A DNA stretch of 64,000 bases from Eledone cirrhosa (Eukaryota): the NCBI GenBank assembly GCA_964016885.1, contig OZ024745.1, positions 116,684,001 through 116,748,000 on the forward strand, written 5' to 3'. This document shows, piece after piece, positions 27,961 to 41,350 of this stretch (positions within the stretch are counted from its first letter, which is position 1; every line of letters starts with the position of its first letter). The position numbers were made by a program, and so were the translations under genes. The notes beneath the pieces were generated by a model, which had not been told where the DNA came from, did no database searches, and saw only the letters and a program-made list of their open reading frames with translations.

Positions 27961-28339
27961 CTCTGCACAAGAACACTGCATTTGCGTGTGCGTATAATGT
28001 TTGGTGTGTGTGTTCGCGTTTGAGTGTATGTGTTTTGGTTTTTGTATTCTATCTTTGTTTACTAGTGTTTGTTTATATATGTTTGTTGTTATTGTACTTG
28101 TGTATATATTTATTTATTTATATTTCCCTTAAGTCACTATTGTTTGTTTGGGTATGGTTGTTGTTGTTATTCCGTTCATTTTTTTCTGTTTAACTTTGGT
28201 CTTCTAAGCTCTAACTTAGTTGCTTCTCTGATTTGCCTACCTGTTCAATCATTTTTATGTTTAGATATTATTGCCTACCTGTTCAATCATTTTTATGTTT
28301 AGATATTATTTGAATTTCTATGTTGTATATATATATGTT

Positions 28340-28386
<47 letters not shown>

Positions 28387-28636
28387 ATTCAAAGAGTATA
28401 TATATATATATAAATTAGACAAAGTCACAGATACATATATGCGTTTGGCAAACATTCACGGTGTGGCTCAATGAAGAATTAATTAAATAATTATTAATCA
28501 GAGCAATTTATAAAAATCTAAGTCCAAAGAATCATTAGATAAAATATATACAGTATTTCCTCTCCCAATCAGTATAAATTAACCACACAAAAATCATTTA
28601 AACGAGGCTATAAGTTTAAAATGTACTCATAAAGAA

Positions 28637-28828
28637 ATAATTGTTTCTACTTTTGGCACAAGGCCAGCAATTACCCAGTGTATTACTGGTACTTTATTTT
28701 ATCGACCTCGTAAGGATGAAAGGCAAAGTTAACCTCGGCGGGATTTGAACTCAGAATGGCAAGGGCCGTAACTCTACGCGTCAAAGCATGGCGTCCGACC
28801 CTCTACCGATACTGCCAATCCATCGCCC
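28637..28828 (-). mobile_element. SINE family A, 20-bp TSD
   Basis: TGTACTCATAAAGAAATAAT at 28622-28641 and 28843-28862. Confidence 0.95.
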
Positions 28829-29496
28829 TGTACTCATCGCCCTGTACTCATAAAGAAATAATAGACAAATGATACAGATTCCTTTCCGCGATGTCCATAT
28901 ACACCTAGCTAGTATTTCTCCTAGCCTGTAGAAATTGACTAGACAAATAGTTAAGTACACGGAATTAGGTACAAAATTGAAGTTAGAAGAAAAAATGCTC
29001 ATAAATGTTACCAAAATCCTCATAATCCCTACCAAAAGAATCTGTATCATTTGTCAATTATTTCTTCATAAGTACATTTTAAACTTATAGCCTCGTTTAA
29101 ATGATTTTTGTGTGGTTAATTTATACTGATTGGGAGAGGAAATACTGTATATATTTTATCTAATGATTCTTTGGACTTACATTTTTATAAATTGCTCTGA
29201 TTAATAATTATTTAATTAATTCTTTATTGAGCCACACCGTGAATGGTTGTCAAACGCATATATGTATCTGTGACTTTGTCTAATTTATATATACTCTTTG
29301 AATTTAATACATACTCCCGTAAGGTTGAGTAAACCTTTCAGCAGTATTTGGCTGCGCTTTCTAGCAACCAGCCTACACGCTGACAGGCACCAATCACAAA
29401 CTTTCTGCCTTGACCACTGGCCACGTGATGGTTCTTAGCCATTTGGAATTCATTTCTGGCTGGGATCATGGTAGAAGAATCTTAGTCCAGTCTGGA

Positions 29497-29587
29497 GTAT
29501 CTCCTGAAGAGTTCCGAGCCTCGTGGATTTATTCAAGACCGGGTATATCCAAAAAGTAGAACGAAACCACTGGTTAGTAGAGACTAC
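29497..29587 (+). ncRNA. Type-I hammerhead ribozyme with extended stem II
   Basis: GTATCTC-CTGAAGA-GTTC..TGGAT..ATCCA..GAAC-GAAA-CCACTGGTTAG-TA-GAGA(C)TAC; canonical G10.1-C11.1, GUA triplet. Confidence 0.8.
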
Positions 29588-29888
29588 GAGGTTTTTGGTA
29601 AAGTTTATGTGCATTTTTTCTTCTAACTTCAATTTTGTACCTAATTCCGTGTAAACTATTTGTCTAGTCAATGTCTACAGGCTAGGAGGAATACTAGGTA
29701 GGTGTATATGGCTGTACATCGCGGAAAATAATCTGTATGATTTGTCTATTATTTGTTCATAAGTACATTTTAAACTTATAGCCTCGTTTAAATAATATAT
29801 TTTGTGGTTAATTTATATTGATTGGGAGAGGAAATACTGTATATATTTTATCTAATGATTCTTTTGACTTATATATATATATATAAAT

Positions 29889-29923
<35 letters not shown>

Positions 29924-30270
29924 ATTGAATATATGAGAGGGATGAACACCGATACAAGTATACATGTGTTCCAATTGCAAATGACCAAGTTAGGTAGGTT
30001 GAAAAAATACTAATTTAAAACAATATGGTTTGCTTGTCTCGATTTAAAGTAATAAATCAATAAAAATAACAAACCTATATCGGGAAACTGCCTTTGATAC
30101 CCAGACAGATCTAAATCTGTTCCGCAAGAATTAATAAGTGAAAGCGGAAAGATTCTCTTCTTTGAGCTATTTAATTGTAAAAGACTATTTTGAGTTTCTA
30201 ACTCAATCTATGATATATATATATATATATGGAGGAAGTTATAGTTCACTTGAAGCATTGTGTAATGAGG

Positions 30271-30663
30271 TATAAACGTTTGTATATGTATAATAAAGCC
30301 AAAACAATGCAGGTATGGACATAGAATAAATAATGCAAATGCAAAAGATATTGTTGACAATTAGTCTTTTACCTTAGATTTATTTAAATGTCCTTAATTT
30401 TCGAGATAATATATCTTCTTTGGAGGGAAGTAAAGCGGTTAAACCAGTGTTCTAAATAGCTTGCCAAGTCATGCTGACAAGCTATTTAGAACACTGGTTT
30501 AACCGCTTTACTTCCCTCCGAAGAAGAGATATTATCTCGAAAATTAAGGACATTTAAATAAATCTAAGGTAAAAGACTAATTGTCAACAATATCTTTTGC
30601 ATTTGCATTCTTTATTCTATGTCCATACCTGCATTGTTTTGGCTTTATTATACATATACAAAC

Positions 30664-30670
<7 letters not shown>
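30271..30670. repeat. Near-perfect 400-bp palindrome (about 193-bp arms, 14-nt spacer) ending in (TA)n
   Basis: 30271-30463 is the reverse complement of 30478-30670. Confidence 0.95.
30515..30549 (+). ncRNA. Minimal hammerhead-like motif (CCGAAGA core)
   Basis: CCT-CCGAAGA-a GAGATA t TATCTC-GAAA-AT-TA-AGG; mirror copy at 30392-30426 is more decayed. Confidence 0.5.
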
Positions 30671-30734
<64 letters not shown>

Positions 30735-31552
30735 TATATGCATACATATATATATGTGTGTGTGTGTGTAAAAGATAAACAGATATAACAAAACAATCGG
30801 CACAGTACATATATACACATATATATATATTTACACTCATATACACAAACAACCACACCTACACACAAATTTATGCTTTCTAATACATATATCCAATCCT
30901 TTGCTATCAAAATCTTAAATGCCAGAGAAAGAGAAACAGTGAAACTATATCAGTTTTTACATGTACAAATACCAGAGTTCATTGAAAGAATTCTTATATA
31001 TTAAATAAACCATGGATTTTGGTATCATTCATAGATTCTCATTCATTTTGCATTGTCCATTTCATTTCGCTACAATTTTCATGATATTTTTGCAGCAGAT
31101 ATATGACAATTGCTTTGCTTTCAATAAGTACTCCAATAATAATAATGTATTTCCTTTTAAATTTGAAATAAGTCTAATTAAATATCCATAAAGCAATAGT
31201 ATTTCCTGCAGCATATTGATTCAGCGTTCTTAAAATTGATACTCTGTTATATGATTACAATTGAATTTCTATATAGTGATGTTTTATTTGTATTTTCTTC
31301 AGTAAAGATACTGCTAGATATTTGATTTGTTGTCAAAGTGTATATTGAATTCAAAATTATTTTGGATTGAATTGATATAGTACACGCGAACCCAACCTGG
31401 GAATATAGTAAATATATATGTTTTGGTGAATAACTGGGTCATTTTTTATGCGATTGACTATCGCTCTTTAGGTTTAAAGTTACAATAATACCTTGATCAG
31501 TTTTACATTTAATCCATCAGTTGAAGTTGAAATAATATACCAGTCAAATATA

Positions 31553-31752
31553 ATAATTGTTTCTACTTTGGGCACAAGGCCAGCAATCATCCAGTGCATT
31601 ACTGGTACTTTATTTTAACGACCCAAAGTTGAAAAACAAAGTTAACCTCGACGGAATTTGAACTCAGAATGGCAAGGATCGCAACTCTATGCGTCAAAGC
31701 ATGGCGTCCGAGCCCCTACCAATCCACCGCCAATACTGCCAATCCACCGCCC
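31553..31752 (-). mobile_element. SINE family A
   Basis: Reverse complement of the consensus; head slightly duplicated. Confidence 0.9.
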
Positions 31753-31759
31753 TGTGAAA

Positions 31760-32045
31760 TATAATAATAGAGGCAGCTCGGGAATTTACTGCACTTATGG
31801 CATTCCTACTAGCCAGTGATTTTAGTATGTTCCTTACTCCCCTCATGAATTCAGATGTTACCACCTTCTTCATCTTATCATTGATTTTATCTGCCTCTAA
31901 AACACCCAAATACCTAAATCCTTCTTCAATGTCGATATATTTTATCAACTCACCCGTTCGTACCTCGATTCCTTTGCGTCTGTTCAATTTACACCTCCTC
32001 ATCACCAGGACTCCACCCTTATTAACACTAAATTCCAGCATATAT
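31760..32045 (-). mobile_element. R4-clade LINE RT fragment
   Basis: FRYLGVLEAD..KKVVTSEFMRGVRNILKSL.SRNAISAVNSRA. Confidence 0.7.
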
Positions 32046-32090
32046 CATTGTTGACATTATCACCATTACAGGACAGTATCGGTAGAGGGT

Positions 32091-32475
32091 CGTGGTGGTG
32101 GTGGTGGTGGTGATGGTGGTGGTATAGTGGTGGTGGTTGTGGCGGTGGTATGGTGGTGGTGGTGGTGGTGGTGGTGGCGATGGTGGTGGTGATGGTGGTG
32201 TTGATGGTGGCGGCAATAGTGGTGGCGATGGTGGTGGTGATGGTGGTGGTGGTACTGATGGTGGTGGAAGTGGCTGTGGGGGTGGGGATGGTGGTAGAGA
32301 TGGGGGTCGTGGTGATGGTGGTGGTGATGGTGGTGGTGGTAGAAATGGCTGTGGTGGCGGCGATGGTGGTAGAAATGATGGTGGTGGTGGTGATCGTGGT
32401 AGAAATGACTGTGGTGGTGGTATGGTGGTAGAAGTGGCTGTGGTGGTGGTGATGGTGGTCGTGATGGTGATTGGA
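32091..32475. repeat. (GGT)n degenerate microsatellite
   Basis: Direct reading; produces the spurious poly-Pro/Gly/Thr/Val ORFs. Confidence 0.95.
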
Positions 32476-32855
32476 AGTGGCTGTGTTGATTTTTTTTTCG
32501 GGGAGATAGGGAAAGGTAGACATTGAAACGGCTCCAAGCGTCTGTTCCGTGTGGTAAAATGTTGTGTTTTTGTTTTGCCTGGTCCCGTATGAAACCAATG
32601 ATACTGTTTGTGACCGTTCACCAAAATTGCTGGCCTTGTCCCTAAATAAGAATTTGAACTTGATCTTATTTTACAGTGTGGTGTAACCAATTTAAATATT
32701 TATCTACACGTGAAAACTAGCATGGTTAATATGAACTTTAAATATGAAAATTTATTAATTTTTCAAGATATTCGGGGTTTTAAATGGAACTAACAAAGTT
32801 TTGTAAGAAAAAGGTAGAGAAATTAGAAAAGTCTAAAGTCTTGTCTTAAGAGAGA

Positions 32856-33090
32856 AGGCTCATTTGGTCGGTGCTTATCCCGGTTTCATGGGGTGTAGCG
32901 ACTGCGAGCACAAGACTCCCCCCTAGATAGGACGCCAGTCCATCGCTATTCCTGGTACACATTTTCAACTGAGTATAATGGAGCAACGTGAAATGAAGTG
33001 TTTTGCTCAATAACATAACACGCAACCCAGAAATCGAACCCATGACATTATGATCGTAAGTCCAGCACCCTTACCACTAGGCCACGTGTC
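32856..33090 (-). mobile_element. tRNA-derived SINE family C
   Basis: Minus strand: GTGGCCTAGTGGTAAG, GGGTTCGATTTC, TTGAGCAAAACACTT, GCGATGGACTGGCGTCC. Confidence 0.8.
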
Positions 33091-35669
33091 TCCATATAAA
33101 AAATTAAATGTTGGTCACTATACAGCTCTCCTGGATATAAAACAAGTAATTCATGTTAAGAAACGAATTATTAAGAATGAAGTATCTCCGACATCAATAG
33201 CTTTCTTTGCTGATGGATATGATGAATCTGAGAAAATATCTCTATATATTTGTTATATATCTATAAAATAGAAAGTTGTAGCGTCTATCATCAGCCATAG
33301 CTGCTTTGCTACATTCAGGAGACAGTTCATTCTGCATTAAGTATCAATTTAATGCAGTTAATGTTGCTACATGTAATATCTCAAATCAGAGGGGAAAAAG
33401 CTGATTATATCAATAAAGCTGGTATTTTTATTGGAGATTAAGCTCCCATATCTCACTATTTCTTTCCAAAAGAAATCTGATAGAAGCAGTAGATTGAAGT
33501 ATTCAACACGTCTTGTTCGCACGAAAACTTATAATTTAAGGAGGAGATTTTGGACAAGGATGAACTGTATTTAAATATGCCAACAAAGCAAATATTGTTG
33601 ATCATACACTGAAAAGTCGGTGAAAAACGTTGCGGGGTTTGTGAAATTCATTATCAAGTTTTGGGAATGGAATAAAGTATTTTAGTGGACTGCATATAAT
33701 TCTTTACTAGCTACCTGAAATATATCCCTACAGCTTTATGTATGTGTACATTAAAAGCTAATAGTTTCCCACAAGAGACAGCTTCTTAGAGCTAGTGCTT
33801 AACTCCAGTTGCTACAGCTTATAGTAAATGAGAAACAATTAGCTACCTGTGTGATATAATTTTGCAATTATTTTTAAATAAGACTGACTAGACGTCCTGT
33901 CACAAATTTTCATTGGCTTGCCTAACTGAAATTACTTCAATACTAATATGTTGTAAACACACGAGAATTTAAGTATGAGGAATTTCGTCCATCTAATTAG
34001 CTCCAAGGTTACACTGTAGACATCGAATGTGGCAGGTGTCTAATAGTCTGATTTACTTTCTGTAGAGCTTCTACACTTCACACAAAAGAGTTGAAACACA
34101 GACTGGTTGGTAAATAACTGCCTTCGTATATAAGCAAAGATTACTATTCGACAAGTATGATATAAAGAGGAAATCACAAAGTATCATCCAAAATCTGATA
34201 GAAATTCGGAGTCTGTTTTATAGTATGGAGCTGATGCCACAGGATTACTGACGTATCACCGTATGATTCATTCTTAGGCAGTATAATTACTCCTAATTAG
34301 CTTAAAGAACTCATTCTTCTACATAGGTTTTACCTACTTAACAATAGAGGAGTTGAAATCAGTACTGCAAACTAATAAATCTCCAGTTTTACAAGAAACA
34401 GTACTTTTGGTACTAGTGGGTTGTATTCCGCTCAGATATTGCAACATTAATATGCAGTCATCACAGCCAACAAACACCCAATCAGTTTCTCAAATCGCTA
34501 AAAGCTTCTAACCTCATCTTTCATGTTTACTCAACATTTCCATTGGTTTATTCTTCTGCTACGATATTTCTACCATTTTGTTCGTGTTGGTTTTGACGTT
34601 AGAACATGCCTGATTTGTTTTTGAATTCAGGGGACAAATCCCTAATCTTCGGCAGTAAATAAGTGGGAGAATTCATGGAAAGTCGTTTAAATATGTATTA
34701 GAAATATATAATTAAATTAGCATTAATATATTTAATATTCTAATAATTAAAAAGGATAATTCGAAATATCTAGTGAGAAACAAACAATACATTAAGTCAA
34801 CCTTTAATATTACTTTAATCATTTCGACAAGGGATAAATCTGAACATATTCCGGTCTTATTAAACCCCTATTACTGAAAGTACATATATAAACATAAGTA
34901 CTAAAAATTTAAACCTAAGATCTCATCTATACTTGCAGAAGTAATTGACACATTATTAGTCATTTAGCTGATGTTGCCTTTTCCTCATCGCATAAGAATT
35001 GTTTATAAGGTTATTATGCTCAATTCATTAGATATTTTAACACTAGCGTGACTATATTCTTTCTGGTGGATGATGTCTCTATAATTAATTTTTAGTTATT
35101 TTACATGCATACTAGATATTTAGATATTTCACTGCCATGTAGTAATTCTCTCAACAATACTTCAGCAAGTACGATGAGGCATATACTTCACTTAGGTGTG
35201 ATGACACAGAAACATCATTCAAGATGTCGTCGTATTTGCTAAAAGATGAATATGTTATGAGTTCCAAACTATCCAACTGACATGTGTATAGAATGATAGT
35301 GCAATGTTCCAAATATATATTATACCTCAAACACGTGCAAATCTAGATTAACAGGTAAGACAGGTCAACTTAATAAGCTAATGTTTTCCATTTTTATTAA
35401 ATTTCCTCATTCAATCATTTGATAAATGTTCAATGTTTCCAGAATGGAAGATTGATTTACTCACAGAGTTTCTTCATTATTCTTTTTAAACATTAGCAAT
35501 TCAGGGCATAAGGTACTTTCAGCTCTATTTTCGTTCCTGCCAGTAAAAAACAAACACAAGTAATAAAATAATAACATTCATCTCTATGGCAATTAATGTG
35601 TATTGAACAAAATACAATTTCCTTTCTTATTTTATATTAACTTTATTCAATTGAATCAAGAGTACGCCC

Positions 35670-35865
35670 ATTCCTGGACCCCGTACTGCCGAACTCCTCC
35701 GCAAGATCGGAACGTCAGCAACCCGTCTGAGGAAGGAGCCCCACGGTAATGCTTCTGTGGTCTTTACCTCGGGGTGCAGTCACAACATCGCCGAGCCCTA
35801 GGTCTAGAACCCATCCTCCACCTCTTCCCCTTTCTGTGTGACCCCAGAGCCCTTGCCCTTTCCTT
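35670..35865 (+). mobile_element. Diverged GC-rich 3' end of an RLE-type LINE
   Basis: GC-rich island translating to ..PRTAELLRKIG..(H)GNASV, similar to CRE-like C-termini. Confidence 0.35.
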
Positions 35866-36139
35866 CATTTTCCGTTTTTAATTATCCGTAGTGTTGTTAT
35901 TTGAAATAGATTTGTTTAAGATTTTTTTTTTTTTATTAATAAATTATTTATTCTCTATGTAAACAAAACATAATAAAAACTGTTCAAACCATGAAATAAG
36001 AAAGGAAGCTATGTTTATGTGTTTAGCAGACATGCTGTAAACCTTCCTCACCGGTAGTAAAAGTTTCAACCACGTGATCTGTAGTGCAGCATTATATATT
36101 CTAACTTTGTTTACTTAACCTTCAAAAACACTTATATCT

Positions 36140-36432
36140 TCTTCTTCTTCTTCTTCTCCTCCTCCCTCCCACTGAAGGGTTCGTGGGGGAAGACTCCACA
36201 CACTCCCCCCAGAGGGTCCTATCAGAAGCAACAATTACCAACTGATCTGGATCCCCAAGCGAGACCAACTAATTTCATGGATGTTATCCAACCATCTTGC
36301 TCGGAGTCTATCCCTGGGTCTTCTACCGGCTGGTTTTAGCCGTAAAATCTTTGCAGCGATACTTTTTTGAGACATTCTAACCACATGCCCGAAATATCGG
36401 AGCTGTGACCTCTCAATTAGGATAAGTAGTAG
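36140..36432 (-). mobile_element. RTE-clade LINE 3' end
   Basis: IERSQLRYFGHVVRM..GRRPRDRLRARWLDNI; (GAA)n tail. Confidence 0.85.
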
Positions 36433-36565
36433 TCTACCTGGAGCCAGTAGATAATTTCACCAATATAGTTTGTAACATATTTGAAAATGTTATTTCAAAT
36501 AAAAATATAAATTCTTATCTAAACTCTACTTTTATTTTAACTAACATTCAATTATTACATATAGG

Positions 36566-37780
36566 TGACATTATATATGACATTATATATATATTACATT
36601 ATATATGTGACATTATATATATGACATTATATATGTAACATTTTTATATATGTGACATTATATATGTGACATTATATATGTGACATTATATATATGACAT
36701 TATATTGGATTGGCAGTATCGGTAGAAGGTCGGACGCCATGCTTCGACGCATAGAGTTACGGCCCTTGCCATTCTGAGTTCAAATCCCGCTGAGGTTAAC
36801 TTTGCCTTTCATCCTTACGGGGTCGATAAAATAAAGTACCAGTAATGCACTGGGTAATTGCTGGCCTTGTGCCAAAAGTAGAAACAATTATATATATATG
36901 ACATTATATATATGACATTATATGTATGTGACATTATATATATGACATTATATATATGACATTATATGTATGTGACATTATATATATGGCATTATATATG
37001 ACATTATATATATAACATTATATATATGACATTATATATGTGACATTATATATGTTACATTATATATATGACATTATATATGACATTATATATATAACAT
37101 TATATAAATGTGACATTATATATGACATTATATATATGACATTATATATATGACATTATATATGACGTTATATATATGACATTATATATATATGGCATTA
37201 CATATATGTGACATTATATACATATGACATTATATATATGACATTATATATATGACATTATATATATGACATTATATATATGACATTATATATGTGACAT
37301 TACATATATGACGTTATATATGTGGTATATATATGACATTATATATATGACATTATATATGTGATATTATATATATGACATTATATATGTGACATTATAT
37401 ATATGACATTATATATGTGACATTATATATATGACATTATATATATGACATTATATATGTGACATTATATATGTGACATTATATATGTGACATTATATAT
37501 ATATGTGACATTATATATATATATATGATATTATATATATGATATTGTATATGGCATTATATATATGACATTATATATATGACATTATATATGACATATA
37601 TATATATCTGACATATATGTGACATTATATATGTGACATTATTTATGTGACATTATATATATGTGCTATTATATATATGAAACATTAAACATGTGGCATT
37701 GCATATATATGATATTTGACATGTGTTATTACATATATATGTGAGACTATATATATGTGACTTTACAAATGTGGCATTAC
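36566..37780. repeat. GACATTATATAT(A/G)T minisatellite (12-16-bp units)
   Basis: Direct reading; interrupted by a SINE. Confidence 0.95.
36706..36890 (+). mobile_element. SINE family A inserted in the minisatellite
   Basis: Near-consensus copy. Confidence 0.95.
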
Positions 37781-37782
37781 AT

Positions 37783-38315
37783 GGGAAATAAGGGCGAGAC
37801 TAGCAACTACAAGAAACACACTCAGTACACTCAGCAGCCTTTGGAAAGATAGAACTCTTACAAAGTCCACCAAAAAAAGTAATCAAAACATTAGTGTGGC
37901 CTGTAGCTCTATATGGTTCTGTGTCATGGACTTTAAAGGTTTCTGACTTAAAACGACTCAGTGTATTTGAAATGTCATGCTATAGGTGTGCACTTAGAAT
38001 TAGCTGGACAGCTCACAGAACAAATGAATCTGTCCTGGAAGAGATCAGTGCCACTCAGCAGTTGGTTGAAACAGTAAGGAAAAGGAAACTTCAGTATTTT
38101 AGTCATGTCATCATGGCTCAAAATTTGACTACCCTTGAGAGACGAATACAATGGGAAAGGGCCAGGTGACGGCAAAAAAGGATATGGACAGATGATATTA
38201 AGGAATGTACAGGAAGGAGTTTGATGGAATGTAAAGCAATGGCAAGAGACATGAAAAGATGGAGGGCGCTGGTCCATGACCTCCAACCCTCAGATATAAG
38301 GATGGGATAAGGCTA
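37783..38315 (+). mobile_element. RTE/BovB-like LINE 3' fragment
   Basis: EIRARLA..VWPVALYGSVSWTL..FEMSCYRCALRISW..RTNESVL..RKLQYFSHV. Confidence 0.88.
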
Positions 38316-39262
38316 GGCTTTACATGTATATGGAATTATGTGACATTACATATTTTTTAGTTTTATCTCTCTTTATATTAACCAATATCTCTGTTTGTAT
38401 TTCATGATTTTAACGTATATGTATCTAACTCATTTCCCTCTAAATGCTGTTGATCTGGATCGACTGTCCACGTTTTGCTATTAAAGGTTTCCTTTTCCAT
38501 TATTAATATTGAAATAAATTAAATATGAACGACTGGAGCAATTTCTCATTATGTTAAAAGCTAGAGGCATTCTAAATATTTACAATATATTTTTGTTTTA
38601 TTTTTGGAGGATTTTATGCTAGAAATATGTTTTCATAACATGTTCGTTTGTAATGAATTTCTATGGCATCTTTCCATGGCAAATCTATATTCCATAAATC
38701 AATTTATTAAATTATTTCTTAATACATGTTTCAATTTTAAAGATAAGTATATTTTTATGAATGTTATTACATATTGTAAATTAAACAACTATGTTTGTAC
38801 TACATTTTAGTTGTTGTTTTTTCCATAAAAAATCCAAAGAAAAACAAAACACATTTACACAAAACTAGTTACCTCACTCAATTCAAATTCTAATCTTTAT
38901 TACGAACAACGTCTACTGAATTCACAGTTGACAAAATAATCCGCCACCAATAGAATTTGTCTTGCCTTAAAACCTTACATCATGATAAAAAAGACTTATA
39001 TAAAAACGAATAATGATGATTTGTCAGTGTTAACAAATTGAATTAATAAATCATTAAAAGCCTAATTAGCATTAAAAGTATGTGCTGACGTAAAAAGGAT
39101 TTTAGTCAATGACTAATTTTATTTTCATTTTTTAGGAATTTCTTTTTGCCGAAGTAGTTATGAAGGAATTACGGAGTAAATATACAAAATAGGACTTTTG
39201 TCGACGTAGGAAATCTAGAGTTGTTAAGAAATTAGGTCATTCAAAGACGCCACTCACATTAA

Positions 39263-39483
39263 CCCTTTAGCATTTAAACCGGCCATATACGGCTAGAATT
39301 CTCTCACCTTTTTCTGTTTAAACTGGTTGCAACTGGCCACTCATACTGATGTTAGGGTATAGTTCTCAAAATAAATAATATCAAAATCTCATAGATTCGA
39401 TATTATGTGAGATAATTATGTGAGGTAAAGCCTTTACCATGAAAATACAAGAATAAATATAGAGTAATGTAAATGCTAAAGGG
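39263..39483. mobile_element. piggyBac-type MITE
   Basis: TIRs CCCTTTAGCATTTA / TAAATGCTAAAGGG; flanked by TTAA and TTAG. Confidence 0.75.
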
Positions 39484-39719
39484 TTAGATTTAATGCATTT
39501 TATGTATGGAGTATTACAATCTGACTAAAAATAAATATGAGGTGCTATTTTCCGTTTTACACAATAATTGATTATATAAAATGTCCTAACTACTTGCAAT
39601 ACTCTACTCCACAGAACAAACTGGAGAATCGTATATCCAGACATTGAACTTATATATTAATTATAACCATTAAACTTATATACTTAAGCGGAGATAAAAA
39701 TGACACATTTAACAAGAAA

Positions 39720-40060
39720 ACATCTAAACCAAAGAATTAAAAGCGTAGAAGTTATTACATTGAAGTTCCAGATTATTGACCTTTCTAGAAAGCAATGGCT
39801 GTGTCTTAATCGGATCCGTACAACATATGCCAGGGCAGCCCAACATCTCCATCGATGGAAAATAAAAGACATGTGACTGTGGAGACCCTAACAAGACAAT
39901 GCTGCATGTTGCTCGGGTTTGCACCCTCAGACGGTTTCCTAGCAGTTTGGAGGCAGTCCATAATACGACAAATGACGCCTTAGTCTGACTCACCAATCAC
40001 GATCTGTCTCTCTAAACACTGTGGTTAGGCCATACGACGCGAAGAAGAAGAAGAAGAAGA
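39720..40060 (+). mobile_element. I-group (Vingi/Ingi-like) LINE 3' end with (AAG)n tail
   Basis: LSRKQWLCLNRIRT..HLHRWKI..CDCGDPNKTMLHVARVC..RF. Confidence 0.7.
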
Positions 40061-40127
40061 AGACGACGACGACGACGACGACGATGACGATGATGATGAT
40101 GACGACGACGACGACGACGACGACGAC

Positions 40128-40162
<35 letters not shown>
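40041..40162. repeat. (AAG)n-(ACG)n-(ATG)n compound trinucleotide tract
   Basis: Direct reading. Confidence 0.97.
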
Positions 40163-40163
<1 letters not shown>

Positions 40164-40727
40164 TAGTTCAAATTGTACTCTACATTTTAGTGAGGCAAGG
40201 AATACCACGGAGAATTTGTGTCTAGGTAGATATGACTGAATAGTAAGCAGTAAACATGGTGTTCACTTTTACATTTGGGACTTACTCTAAATAATCTGCA
40301 GAAATAAACATTTTCCAAAAGACCTTCCCTTATACTAACATTGTAAATTAAATAAATTTTCAAATTACAGAAAATACTGATAAAATCATACATATAAAAA
40401 ATAGAATTATCAAAGAAAAGTAGGTTATTAAATTATATAGAGATTCGAAAAAAATGATGAGTTATATATTTAGTATTAAAAATACTGTTACGATAACTAC
40501 TATGCTGTAAAAAAAACTATTGAAAGTTACAGTAAAATAGAGAATAATATATTAACTCTGGCATTATTAATAGTTGTAGGTATAATTTATTTTAGCTATA
40601 AAAATATTTCGGATCAATGTTGGCATGTATAGCTAATATATGTGTGAGTGGATAAATATATATATAGTTATATACATGCATACACACACACACATTCACT
40701 CACACTCGCACACACACACACACACAT

Positions 40728-40760
<33 letters not shown>

Positions 40761-40769
40761 CATACATAC

Positions 40770-40829
<60 letters not shown>

Positions 40830-40925
40830 GTATACGTACATACATATATGTATACAGACGTACAGTAGTATGGATATACATACATGCACACATATATATA
40901 TGTACGTATGGGTTTACCGAACATT

Positions 40926-41033
40926 AATCCCGCTGAGGTTAACTTTGCCTTTCATCCTTACGGGGTCGATAAAATAAAGTACCAGTAATGTACTGGGTAA
41001 TTGCTGGCCTTGTGCCTAAAGTAGAAACAATTA
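40926..41033 (+). mobile_element. 5'-truncated SINE family A in the left palindrome arm
   Basis: Starts within the B-box; absent from the right arm. Confidence 0.92.
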
Positions 41034-41129
41034 TTATAATGCTCGGTGTGTTTGTGAACAAACAGCCCGAATTAAGCCGTACAGTGTTTAACAACCATTG
41101 TTGCCCTTTTGTTCAACACTGACAAAGGA

Positions 41130-41172
41130 ACGATGTACTAGTTTCAAGCTTATTAGCTATCGTCAGCATCGT
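41130..41172 (-). ncRNA. Minimal type-I hammerhead ribozyme (minus-strand copy)
   Basis: Exact reverse complement of 41308-41350. Confidence 0.88.
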
Positions 41173-41307
41173 ATACCTTCCTGCCAGATGATTGAACGTC
41201 TGAAAGTATATACTTTCGTTATGCATATACTTTCCTTATGCTCAGCCGTTAATATGCATAAGGAAAGTATATACTTTCGGACGTTCAATCATCTGGCAGG
41301 AAGGTAT

Positions 41308-41350
41308 ACGATGCTGACGATAGCTAATAAGCTTGAAACTAGTACATCGT
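41308..41350 (+). ncRNA. Minimal type-I hammerhead ribozyme
   Basis: ACGATG-CTGACGA-t AGCT aata AGCT t-GAAA-CTAG-TA-CATCGT; 6-bp stem I, ACTAGT palindromic stem III, GUA triplet. Confidence 0.88.

Larger units (their letters stand above)
28390..29870. mobile_element. (TA)n-flanked PLE pseudo-LTR complex with direct and inverted segment copies
   Basis: 28390-28630 is inverted at 29065-29300 and again at 29755-29870; 28850-29010 is inverted at 29600-29755; HHR at 29497. Confidence 0.8.

Noticed and set aside
32002-32690. Pro-rich extensin/formin-like and Gly-rich ORFs
   Set aside because: All frames are open only because of the (GGT)n tract; there is no flanking domain.
33300-35500. Long non-repetitive stretch that could be an exon or UTR
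   Set aside because: No ORF of 60 aa or more and no recognisable motif; it cannot be assigned without expression data.
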